DNA of 64,000 nucleotides from Aggregatilineales bacterium. GTDB lineage: Bacteria; Chloroflexota; Anaerolineae; Aggregatilineales; Phototrophicaceae. The stretch spans positions 20,404-84,403 of the forward strand of contig DAIMZF010000002.1 in assembly GCA_036734085.1 (NCBI GenBank), given 5' to 3'. Shown piece by piece: positions 38,705-46,935 of this stretch. Within the stretch, counting starts at the first letter, position 1. The number at the start of each line of letters is the position of its first letter. Both the position numbers and the translations under genes were made by a program. A model generated the notes under the pieces. It saw only the letters and a program-made list of their open reading frames with translations, did not search any database and was not told the origin of the DNA.

Positions 38705-39802
38705 TTACAAACTCGGCGACCAAGCTCCGCGCTTCGTGTGGGCGCGTTCCCGGACTGCGTTGATATGCTCCACACTCACGGGCTTCTCGAAACTGCGGAA
38801 ACCGGATAGCCGGAAGCCGTGTCGATGCGCGATTTCGCCGATTTCCAACGCTTGTTCAATGCTGATTTCTTTACCCAGCGTGTAATCTTCGTAACGGCCT
38901 TCCAGCGCCAGCGCCATTGTCTCTGCCATGCACGCAAACGCTTTGGTCGGCGGAAAGCCAAAATCAAAATTAAAGTTTACCGCGCCGGGCACTTCCACCA
39001 TGCCACCTTCAATCACCAGCACATCGTCGCGTTGTTCCGCCACCAACCGGGAAACATCACGCGGGCGGGCGACATCGCACACCACCGCGCCGGGCTTCAG
39101 GTGTTGCGGATGAATAATTGTATCAATCGCACTCGTAACCGTCAGTACCAAATCTGCGGTATACATGGCGCTCATCTCCGTGCTGACTGTGAACTGGGCG
39201 ACCTGGCCTTCGCATCGCTCGCGGACGGCGTGCAATGCCTCCGCTCGGCGTCCAATGAGCACCAATTCGCCCACTTGCCGGGCGAGTAACTCCGCACAGG
39301 TTTTGCCGATAGCCCCTGTCGCGCCGACGACGGCCACTGTCGCAGAAGCTAAATCAATGCCCATCTGCCGTGCCGCCTCCGCGATGGCGTCTACGGCGAT
39401 AACGACGGTGTAACTATCGCCCGTTGTCACCGGAATATCAAGGTGCTTGGCGATGGTGACGCCGGCATCACCAACGACTGCCGTAAACGCGCCGAGTCCT
39501 AAAATCTTTGCTCCCAGTTTTTCCGCCATGCGCCCGGTGGCAATAATCTTGTTATATACGACTTCCTCTGGCAGAGACAGCATCCGCTTGGGTGTGAGAG
39601 GGCAAGCCAACAGCCACCCCGTAAGGTCATTCCCTGTTGCCGTAGATTGTGCGCCTTCCACCTGAGATAAATACACCGGAGGGAAGAAGCGGGATAACCA
39701 GTTAATCATGCCTTCGCTGGCATACTGAAAAATCGGATATTTCCGCGCCACATCGCGCTTGATGTCGATGGGGTGGATGATAAAAGCGAAAGAATTAGTC
39801 AT
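38705..39802 (-). CDS. Acyl-ACP reductase (AAR)-like NAD(P)-dependent oxidoreductase (COG5322-type)
   Basis: 365-aa ORF. GIDLASATVAVVGATGAIGKTCAELL, FACMAETMALALEG (Cys codon 38930-38932) and IEQALEIGEIAHRHGF closely parallel the cyanobacterial AAR motifs as I recall them: GIDITQATVAVVGATGDIGSAV, FACFAEAMLLEFEG and IEKMEAIGEASVRHGF. Confidence 0.7.
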   Translation of the reverse strand: MTNSFAFIIHPIDIKRDVARKYPIFQYASEGMINWLSRFFPPVYLSQVEGAQSTATGNDLTGWLLACPLTPKRMLSLPEEVVYNKIIATGRMAEKLGAKILGLGAFTAVVGDAGVTIAKHLDIPVTTGDSYTVVIAVDAIAEAARQMGIDLASATVAVVGATGAIGKTCAELLARQVGELVLIGRRAEALHAVRERCEGQVAQFTVSTEMSAMYTADLVLTVTSAIDTIIHPQHLKPGAVVCDVARPRDVSRLVAEQRDDVLVIEGGMVEVPGAVNFNFDFGFPPTKAFACMAETMALALEGRYEDYTLGKEISIEQALEIGEIAHRHGFRLSGFRSFEKPVSVEHINAVRERAHTKRGAWSPSL

Positions 39803-39807
39803 TATAT

Positions 39808-41130
39808 TTACCAGTTATCCCATGTGCTTTCTGGCTCGCGGACTTCATCATGACGCGGATAAAACCGTTTGTGTACGTCCCCATGCTGGATGAAGTGATG
39901 GTCGCTTTCTTCATAAGACACATTGCGCGAGATGACGCGGCGCTGTGGGGATGCCACCAGCACCACATCGGACTCAATCATGCGACCTGGAAAAACGACC
40001 ATCCCGGAACCGATGCGGCAGTTGTGACCGATCGCACTGCCCAGCACAATCTGGCTGACCGTCTGAAGTTCGCCGTCAATGTTGGCGGCGCGGATGGGCT
40101 TCTGCGCGATGAGGTTAAAATCCGTAAAAGTACTGCCCGCGCCAACGAAGCTATTACGCCCGATGACGCACATCTGCAAGCAGGTATTCTGCGCGATAAT
40201 CGTATTTTCCATAACGTGCGTCAGGTAAAGCGATGCACGGAAGGGCAAGAAGCAACTATCCGCGACAGTGCTCATCATCAGCACACATCCGGCGTCAATG
40301 GTTACATTATTGCCGATGGTGCAGTTGTCAAGCACAACACCCGCCCCGATGTTGCAGTTATCGCCAATCACCGCCGGGCCGGTGATAATAGCAGAGGGGT
40401 CGATGGTGCAATTTTTGCCGATTTTGACCGCACCTGATGCGCTGAGTATCTGCTTTTGCTCCAGCACTGCCCGCCACAGGAGTTTTAATTGGGTGAATAC
40501 ACTGGTCTTGATGAGTGCATCCAGGCGGCCTGCCCGCGCAAAGTTGCCGAAGATAATCGACGCGAAGTAGACGTGTACCCAACTCTCGATGGAGATAATC
40601 GCCCGTTGCGGCGCATAGTGGGTCAGGTCGCCCTGTTGCATGGTCATAAAGTCCGGCACGGAGTAGAAGCCTATCTCGTGGCTGTCGCTGGGCACGACAA
40701 CGGCCTGTATGTTGGCGTCGTAGCCATCCGGAAAGTACCATAAATCTGCCAGAAACAGAATTTTATTGTCACTTCCCAACGTAGCCTCAAAGCCTTTGGT
40801 CAGGGGGATAGTGTAAGTGTGGAAGGCTTTATCGCTGGCGGGGAAGGCCGCCCGACACGCTTTTCCCAGCTTGCGTGCGGCTTCGATAAAATATTCAAAA
40901 AATGGCTTATCAAACCACAGGCTATCGCGGTAAACAACCGCTTCGCCCTGCACTTTATGCAGTTCATCGCGGCTATGGAACACACCGTTCAGGTCGATAT
41001 TTTCCTGCAAGACTTCAATAAATAAGTTCTCTTGATGAATTTTTAGTGGCTCTAAGCCGACTGTCAACAAGCTTGCCGGTTCGTTGAACGGCGGTACGTG
41101 TCGGGTGTCTTCGATAACATAGCGATACAT
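39808..41130 (-). CDS. Left-handed beta-helix (hexapeptide-repeat) protein with a nucleotidyltransferase-like N-terminal region
   Basis: 440-aa ORF. The C-terminal ~200 aa contain tandem hexapeptide repeats (IGKNCTIDPSAIITGPAVIGDNCNIGAGVVLDNCTIGNNVTIDAG...). The N-terminal half lacks the canonical GxGTR loop. It lies 5 nt upstream of the AAR-like gene. Confidence 0.7.
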   Translation of the reverse strand: MYRYVIEDTRHVPPFNEPASLLTVGLEPLKIHQENLFIEVLQENIDLNGVFHSRDELHKVQGEAVVYRDSLWFDKPFFEYFIEAARKLGKACRAAFPASDKAFHTYTIPLTKGFEATLGSDNKILFLADLWYFPDGYDANIQAVVVPSDSHEIGFYSVPDFMTMQQGDLTHYAPQRAIISIESWVHVYFASIIFGNFARAGRLDALIKTSVFTQLKLLWRAVLEQKQILSASGAVKIGKNCTIDPSAIITGPAVIGDNCNIGAGVVLDNCTIGNNVTIDAGCVLMMSTVADSCFLPFRASLYLTHVMENTIIAQNTCLQMCVIGRNSFVGAGSTFTDFNLIAQKPIRAANIDGELQTVSQIVLGSAIGHNCRIGSGMVVFPGRMIESDVVLVASPQRRVISRNVSYEESDHHFIQHGDVHKRFYPRHDEVREPESTWDNW

Positions 41131-41233
41131 AATGCGCTCCGGTGATGGTTAGCCGTGCGTTTGAATAATACAGTCATTATATCCTAGAATGACGATGCAA
41201 AGCATGGGGTTTACCCACAGGCAAAACTTGCAT

Positions 41234-42022
41234 CTAACTATTATAGAGGAAGTCGCGGATTGTATCATGAAAACGCCCTGGCTCGTCCATCATCGGGAAG
41301 TGCCCCGACCCCTCGAACCATGCGATCTTGCTTTGGGGCGCGCTGTGCTGTAAGACCTTCCACTGGTTAGGGCTAACGATACGGTCATACTTGCCGTAGA
41401 TGCCCAGCACAGGCATAGGTAACGCCGCCAGTTGGTTGCGTAAATCTGTCTGGCGTAGTGTGCCGATACTCTGGAAGAAAGATTCCGTTGAAATTTTGGA
41501 CATATCTTCAACAATCATCTTACCTACACGTTTGCCGTCCTTGGCGATGAAGTGTGCATAACCCCGCATGAACAACTTGAGCAGGGTAGGCGTTGTCCAG
41601 ATGATGCGGGCAATGCCCCGATATCCCGACAGTTTGAGCAGTAGATTTAGCGAACTGCCGACGATGGGCGAGCCGATGACGACAGTCTTGACGATTTTTT
41701 CCGGGAAGCGGACAGAAGCCGCCAGTGAAACCGTGCCGCCCATCGAATGCCCGATAAGCGGCGCTTTGGCGATGCCCAATCTATCCATAAATTGGTAGAC
41801 AGAGGTCACATAATTATCAACGGAGAAGTTTGCTTGATGGTCTACGGATTCACCGAAGCCGAAGAAGTCCAGCGCATAAGTCTTAAACTCTTTGCCGAGT
41901 ATTTCGATTGTATCGCGCCATAGCGCCCACGATCCAAGCCACCCATGTAATAGCAGAACAGGGCGTCCTCTACCGTAGGTTTCGTAATGGACGATTCCCT
42001 GTTCGGTCACCAATGTGGGCAC
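41234..42022 (-). CDS. Alpha/beta hydrolase (canonical Ser-Asp-His)
   Basis: 262-aa ORF with LLLHGWLGSW, the nucleophile elbow GHSMGG, YGKYDRIV (Asp) and GSGHFPMMD (His). Confidence 0.85.
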   Translation of the reverse strand: MPTLVTEQGIVHYETYGRGRPVLLLHGWLGSWALWRDTIEILGKEFKTYALDFFGFGESVDHQANFSVDNYVTSVYQFMDRLGIAKAPLIGHSMGGTVSLAASVRFPEKIVKTVVIGSPIVGSSLNLLLKLSGYRGIARIIWTTPTLLKLFMRGYAHFIAKDGKRVGKMIVEDMSKISTESFFQSIGTLRQTDLRNQLAALPMPVLGIYGKYDRIVSPNQWKVLQHSAPQSKIAWFEGSGHFPMMDEPGRFHDTIRDFLYNS

Positions 42023-42046
42023 GGTGTTTTCGCCTTGACGTTTCCG

Positions 42047-42577
42047 CTAATCCATCTCTTCGAGAATGGTATACAGTAATTCCAGCAAAACATCGCGCAC
42101 GCTATCACGCTCCTTAGCCACACACGGCAATAGCTTCACTTCCGGCTCAATACGGAGCGCAATCCGCATATCATCGGGGTTCCATGCGTCCGGGTGGTCT
42201 TGCTTGTTGGCGGCCACAACATAGGGCGTGGGCGCATAAGCGCGGAAGGTTTCTAGGATGCTTTTGGCTTCGCGGAAGGTCTCTGGCTTGGCACTATCCA
42301 CCATGACGATGAACCCCAACATGCCTTCGGCCAGGATTTCCCACATGAAGTCAAAACGGCGTTGCCCGGGTGTACCGAACAGATACAGCACCAAGTCATC
42401 ATCCACCGTGATACGTCCGAAGTCCATCGCTACCGTTGTTTGTTCTTTCTCTTCGCGCTCTGCCGCGCTGGAGATTTCTCTATCGGTAGTTACCACGTCA
42501 ATCTCACTGATTGCCCGGATGAACTCCGTTTTACCGGAGCTAAACGGCCCGGTGATCACCATTTTCACAGTTTGCAT
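42047..42577 (-). CDS. Small Ras-like GTPase of the COG2229/CvnD-MglA-like type
   Basis: 176-aa ORF with G1 GPFSSGKT, G3 FGTPGQ and G4 NKQD. Confidence 0.85.
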   Translation of the reverse strand: MQTVKMVITGPFSSGKTEFIRAISEIDVVTTDREISSAAEREEKEQTTVAMDFGRITVDDDLVLYLFGTPGQRRFDFMWEILAEGMLGFIVMVDSAKPETFREAKSILETFRAYAPTPYVVAANKQDHPDAWNPDDMRIALRIEPEVKLLPCVAKERDSVRDVLLELLYTILEEMD

Positions 42578-42618
42578 AATCTGTCCTGCTTCCCGTAATG
42601 ATGTCGAATAAACGGAAC

Positions 42619-43506
42619 TTAAATCGACTTAATGCGGTCGATTAATCTTGTTACCACGTCTTTGGAAGGCCCCGGTTGCTGGCGGCTACGCCGCTTGCTG
42701 TTGAGCGTTCCAGTACGCGGTAGTTGAGCTTTTTCTTCGGTCAATGGCTTAACCACATCCACCAACCCGGCCTGCTGTAACCCATACACTACACGCCGAA
42801 TTTCCATGTCGGACATATTATTCGCCTTAGCAATCTGGCGAATAGTATTCTTCGGGTTGACATAAGATACCACGCGCCATGCTTCTACGCTAAGGTGAAT
42901 CCCCTTAAACTTCTCTTTGGGATTTTCCGGGAACTGCAACGCCATATCCAGGTTAGGGATGCTGTCGCGCAACATCTCATCATCTTCGATGCGCCGTGCC
43001 CCTTCCAGGATGACATTTTCCAGGTCGATGGGTACTAAAATCCGATTGCTGTCCGGCATATTGGTTTCATCGAAGCGGAACGGCCCTTCGCGCCATGTCA
43101 TCAGGTTATACACGGCATCGAGTGTATATTGTTGGATGCTAACGACAATATCTTTTTGGGAAACATAATTCGCCCCGATGAGCCGCATAGCCAGTGCTTT
43201 GTCGCTGGCCCCTTTTGCACGGTCACGGATGATATTTGCTTGTTGGTCGTTGAGCTTGCCGGCTTTGTTCAGCACGGCGATTAAATCACCCTTTTGACCT
43301 GCCATGACTGCCTGTACAAGCTTTCCCTCTTTGAAGACCACGCGGGCACGTTCATCACCGGGCGCCATCTTCTCTTTGTCCATAGCATCTTTTTCGCCCG
43401 TCGGGATGCCTTCGTGGATGAACAACGTCCCCGTACGGCGCGACAGGTTCATGAGGTTTAGTAGTTGTGTTGGTGTAAAATCTCTTAGATTACCTTGAAG
43501 TGGCAT
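42619..43506 (-). CDS. DUF4388 (PatA-N-like) domain protein with a C-terminal wHTH-like segment
   Basis: 295-aa ORF. The N-terminal LQGNLRDFTPTQLLNLMNLSRRTGTL is the DUF4388 signature. The C-terminal IRQIAKANNMSDMEIRRVVYGLQQAGLVDVV resembles the DUF742-type wHTH. A basic tail follows. Confidence 0.7.
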   Translation of the reverse strand: MPLQGNLRDFTPTQLLNLMNLSRRTGTLFIHEGIPTGEKDAMDKEKMAPGDERARVVFKEGKLVQAVMAGQKGDLIAVLNKAGKLNDQQANIIRDRAKGASDKALAMRLIGANYVSQKDIVVSIQQYTLDAVYNLMTWREGPFRFDETNMPDSNRILVPIDLENVILEGARRIEDDEMLRDSIPNLDMALQFPENPKEKFKGIHLSVEAWRVVSYVNPKNTIRQIAKANNMSDMEIRRVVYGLQQAGLVDVVKPLTEEKAQLPRTGTLNSKRRSRQQPGPSKDVVTRLIDRIKSI

Positions 43507-43547
43507 CGAAACTCCCTACATCCCATCCACGCTATGAATCTGACATG

Positions 43548-43576
43548 ATTATAACGGGGTGGTATAGTCAAGTCAA
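43548..43576 (-). promoter_or_regulatory. Near-consensus sigma70 promoter of the DUF4388/GTPase block
   Basis: On the minus strand: TTGACT (43576-43571), a 17-nt spacer, then TATAAT (43553-43548). It is ~40 nt upstream of the ATG at 43506, which has a GGGAG SD. Confidence 0.7.
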
Positions 43577-43630
43577 CTGAACCGCGCTAATATGCTATCA
43601 TGAATTGCTGTAGTTAATGGTTTTAGACCT

Positions 43631-44791
43631 ATGACAATCCGTATTGTAGCACTCTTCCTGACCGTTTTAACCGCCTGTACCTTTGGCAGTCAATCAGCCT
43701 CTCAACAGCATAACCCAGACTTGGGGATTTCAAACCTTGAGATACCGCCCGATTTTGCACAATTCCCGCCGGATGTTAACCCCTTAACCGGGTTACAGGT
43801 GGCGGATGTCCAGGTTTTGGAACGTCGCCCGATGATTGTGAAAGTATCAAACGCGCCTGCGCTGGTGCGCCCACAGGCGGGCTTATCCCAGGCGGACATT
43901 GTGTTTGAGCATTATGTAGAAGGTGGCCTAACGCGCATCTCTGCTGTGTTTTATAGCCAATCACCGGAACGTGTCGGCTCTATCCGCAGTGCGCGTTTAA
44001 TTGACCATGAACTTGTCCCCATGTTTGATGGCATGTTGGCGTTCTCCGGTGGGTCACTCGGTGTGGAAAAATACATCTTCGGTAGTGAATATGTGAATAA
44101 CTTCTATGCGGGCATCGACGGCATCGAAGACGTGTTTCCCGGTGCGCCTCAGCCACCCTCAGAATATGCTGACCGTGCTTATAAGGGGGTATTGTACGGC
44201 AATCCGTATTTCTGGCGCGAGGAAGAAATTCTTGTTCCGCATAATATGTTTGTGAATCCGGCGGCCTTGTGGGAGCTATCCGCCCGACAGGGGCACAACG
44301 TCCGCCCGCGTTTGGTTGGCTTAGCTTTTGCGGATGAAGCACCGCCCGATGAGACACGCCCGGCGGAGCGCATCGATGTGCGCTATCGGGCAACGCGCGT
44401 TGTCTGGACTTACGATGCGGCGCAGGGTGTTTATGCGCGTCAAGCGGATGGCATGCCACATGGCGACTCCAACGGAGAGGCGGTGATTACCGCCGCTAAC
44501 GTAATTATTCTTCACGCGGAACATAGCGATACGCTGGTGGTGGAAAGCATGAACAACGGTCAACCTGTGTGGAGTACACAGATTGCCGTGTGGGGGAGCA
44601 ATGACGCGGTTTTGTTCCGCGATGGACGGCGTTATGATGGCGTTTGGGTGCGTACAGAGCGCGAAAATATTTTTGCGTTTTATACGGCCTCTGGTGAAGT
44701 GTTACCCTTAAAACCCGGTAATACGTGGGTTCAGGTTATGCCAGATGAAGCTCAGTTAGTGCCAGAAGTTGAATGGGTGCGCGATGATTAG
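43631..44791 (+). CDS. DUF3048-family lipoprotein (YerB-like)
   Basis: 386-aa ORF with a lipobox LTAC. NPLTGL...RPMIVKVSNAP...QAGLSQADIVFEHYVEGGLTRISAVF matches my memory of DUF3048. Confidence 0.6.
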   Translation: MTIRIVALFLTVLTACTFGSQSASQQHNPDLGISNLEIPPDFAQFPPDVNPLTGLQVADVQVLERRPMIVKVSNAPALVRPQAGLSQADIVFEHYVEGGLTRISAVFYSQSPERVGSIRSARLIDHELVPMFDGMLAFSGGSLGVEKYIFGSEYVNNFYAGIDGIEDVFPGAPQPPSEYADRAYKGVLYGNPYFWREEEILVPHNMFVNPAALWELSARQGHNVRPRLVGLAFADEAPPDETRPAERIDVRYRATRVVWTYDAAQGVYARQADGMPHGDSNGEAVITAANVIILHAEHSDTLVVESMNNGQPVWSTQIAVWGSNDAVLFRDGRRYDGVWVRTERENIFAFYTASGEVLPLKPGNTWVQVMPDEAQLVPEVEWVRDD

Positions 44792-44814
44792 GCCGTGCAT
44801 CTATCCGCACGGCC
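44791..44814. terminator. Hairpin between convergent genes
   Basis: GGCCGTGC-N8-GCACGGCC stem starting at the last base of the TAG stop codon (44789-44791). Confidence 0.5.
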
Positions 44815-44841
44815 TAATTCTCTATCGACAGCCTAACGTTT

Positions 44842-45975
44842 TTACTGCAACACCCGTTGACGTAACGCATCCAGCACTTGCAAGGCCGTTAAATTACGCA
44901 TGACATAGCCATAGCGCAGGTATTCATCCGTGAAGTTGGCGGCATCCCCAAAGCCGAAGGGCGGCGCGGATGGATGCAGGCCGTCACTACTCAGGCCGCC
45001 ATCCGGCAAGCCTTGCATAACGGTGTAATAATCCCACAGGGATGCGCCATGCTCGTTTGCAGTATTGATAATGATTTGATTGTAAACTTCAACCTGCGCT
45101 TCGTAGTCGCGCCGGGGCGGGATAGTGCTTAACACCGGGATAACCCCGTTTTCAATGCTGATTTGCACAATAACGCGCAGATTATTGGCGAATTCCTCCG
45201 CCGGGACACGCGCAACATCGTTACTGCCTAGCATGATGAGCGCGACTGCCGGACGTGTCGTGCGGTATTCGCAAACGAGAGGAATTTCACCGGATTGGCA
45301 AACCTGCGGATTAGCGAACTGCGGGTTCAGCACGGTGGCGGTTGTCCAACCATTGCCTGCCGCTAATGATGTGTTATTAAAGCTGTTGTTATCCCGTGCT
45401 TGCTCCCTCATGAAGAAATCAATGGTGGTCTGTAGGGATGTGTAGCCGCCTAAGGTGTATGCTCGATACCCGATGGGGTAGTACATCACTTCGGCAACGG
45501 TGATGCTATCTCCCACTTTAGAGAAAACATTACGCCGATTGCCTATACGTTGTCCCGCCGCGAACACCGTCCGCGCATTGTTATTTAGTGTGAATAAACT
45601 GGTCGGTGTGGCGCTGTTAGGTGCTGAATCGCTTACCGCGACGGCATCCGGTGTGAGGATGGGCAGGCTGTCTAACTCCACGCGGAGCAGTTCCACATAG
45701 CCACTTGCAACCCATCCTTGTTGTGCTTGTAAAGTCTGTACGGCGTACCATGCGTTATTGGACGTGCGCCCGGTAACAATGAGGGGTGTACCGCCCGGTA
45801 ATTCCCCGATGATAGCCCCTGCTCGTGATGGCGCTTGCCGTAAATTCAGCACCCCCCACATATCAATGACCTGCGCGTTTGGCTCTTGGGCGTGGGCGGG
45901 CATGATAAACACAATACACAACAACATTGACAGCAAAAATAGTTTCATTGTTTTGCTTTTGTTACCCTTCATCAT
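44842..45975 (-). CDS. Secreted SH3b-domain SGNH/GDSL hydrolase
   Basis: 377-aa ORF with a signal peptide and an SH3b-like region (VLNLRQAPSRAGAIIGELPGGTPLIV...GWVASGYV). SGNH blocks are GDSIT, LGSNDV and DGLHPS. The start may be an internal Met. Confidence 0.8.
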   Translation of the reverse strand: MMKGNKSKTMKLFLLSMLLCIVFIMPAHAQEPNAQVIDMWGVLNLRQAPSRAGAIIGELPGGTPLIVTGRTSNNAWYAVQTLQAQQGWVASGYVELLRVELDSLPILTPDAVAVSDSAPNSATPTSLFTLNNNARTVFAAGQRIGNRRNVFSKVGDSITVAEVMYYPIGYRAYTLGGYTSLQTTIDFFMREQARDNNSFNNTSLAAGNGWTTATVLNPQFANPQVCQSGEIPLVCEYRTTRPAVALIMLGSNDVARVPAEEFANNLRVIVQISIENGVIPVLSTIPPRRDYEAQVEVYNQIIINTANEHGASLWDYYTVMQGLPDGGLSSDGLHPSAPPFGFGDAANFTDEYLRYGYVMRNLTALQVLDALRQRVLQ

Positions 45976-46933
45976 GGGGTTCCTCTCGGATTGTCTCTAT
46001 CTTACGGGCGTGTTCGCCACGCCGCATCCTGAAATGGTCAAAATCGCGGGCGACATAACTATCCGGGAAGATGCTCCGTGCTTCGCGGATAATGTCATGC
46101 TCACGGTAACGGCGCGAAACATGGTTCAAAATCAGTGTTTTGACGTTAGCGGCAATGGCCAGTTCCGCCGCTTGGCGGGCGGTGATGTGCCCAAAAGCAT
46201 TGGCTTCCTCCACTTCGCTGTCTAAAAATGTCGCTTCGATGACCAGCACATCTGCATCCTGAGCATGGGGGAGCAGGTTGTCCGTGCGTGCGGTATCCCC
46301 GACATACACCAGCTTACACCCCTGAACCTCCTCACCAAGCACCATATCCGGCGTGATGCGCCTGCCATCCTCCAGTGTGACGGCTTCTCCGCGTACTAAC
46401 TGCCCGCGTTCCGGGCCAGCAGGCAGGCCAATTGCCTGCGCTTTTTCTACCAGAAAAGGACGATGATGATGCTCCTGGAAGATGTAGCCAAAGCATCCGC
46501 CGCCGCGATGATGTACCGGGAAGGCATCCAGCGTGAATTGCTTGGTATTGACGAAGCGACCCGGCTTGAGGTCTATCAGGTGGATGGGGATAGGCACACG
46601 CTCATTGCGCAATACCACGCCGAAGATAAGCGCCTCCACACGGTCTAGTGCGGGCTTACCGCCCCATATCTCAATCTGCTCAATGCCGCCCTCCCACCGG
46701 ATGAAGGTAGACAGCAAGCCCCCTAAGCCCAAAATATGATCCAGGTGAGCGTGCGTCAGCAGGATTTTGTTCAGCTTCTTAAAGCCGATTCCACTTTTAA
46801 GTAATTGTCGTTGTGTGCCTTCACCACAATCCAGCAGAAAGCGGTGTTCACCTGCCAGGATGACGTTGGCAGTTAAGCCGCGATGGATGGATGGCGCGGC
46901 GGCGGATGTCCCTAAAAACAAGATTTCAAACAT
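45962..46933 (-). CDS. rnz: Ribonuclease Z
   Basis: 323-aa ORF with FLGTSAAAP, LLDCGEGTQRQL and THAHLDHILG (HxHxDH). Confidence 0.85.
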   Translation of the reverse strand: MFEILFLGTSAAAPSIHRGLTANVILAGEHRFLLDCGEGTQRQLLKSGIGFKKLNKILLTHAHLDHILGLGGLLSTFIRWEGGIEQIEIWGGKPALDRVEALIFGVVLRNERVPIPIHLIDLKPGRFVNTKQFTLDAFPVHHRGGGCFGYIFQEHHHRPFLVEKAQAIGLPAGPERGQLVRGEAVTLEDGRRITPDMVLGEEVQGCKLVYVGDTARTDNLLPHAQDADVLVIEATFLDSEVEEANAFGHITARQAAELAIAANVKTLILNHVSRRYREHDIIREARSIFPDSYVARDFDHFRMRRGEHARKIETIREEPHDEG

Positions 46934-46935
46934 GG

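Noticed and set aside
39850-40437. 195-aa plus-strand ORF antisense to the hexapeptide-repeat gene. Similar antisense ORFs occur at 40268-40570 and 40489-40743.
   Set aside because: It lies fully inside a minus-strand gene with clear LbH repeats. Repetitive GC-rich coding sequence commonly leaves the opposite strand open. There is no SD or motif support.
38705-42022. Reading the AAR-like gene as part of an alkane (AAR+ADO) pathway.
   Set aside because: No ferritin-like di-iron oxygenase ORF is present anywhere in the window, so alkane production cannot be claimed. Only an aldehyde-forming reductase homologue is supported.
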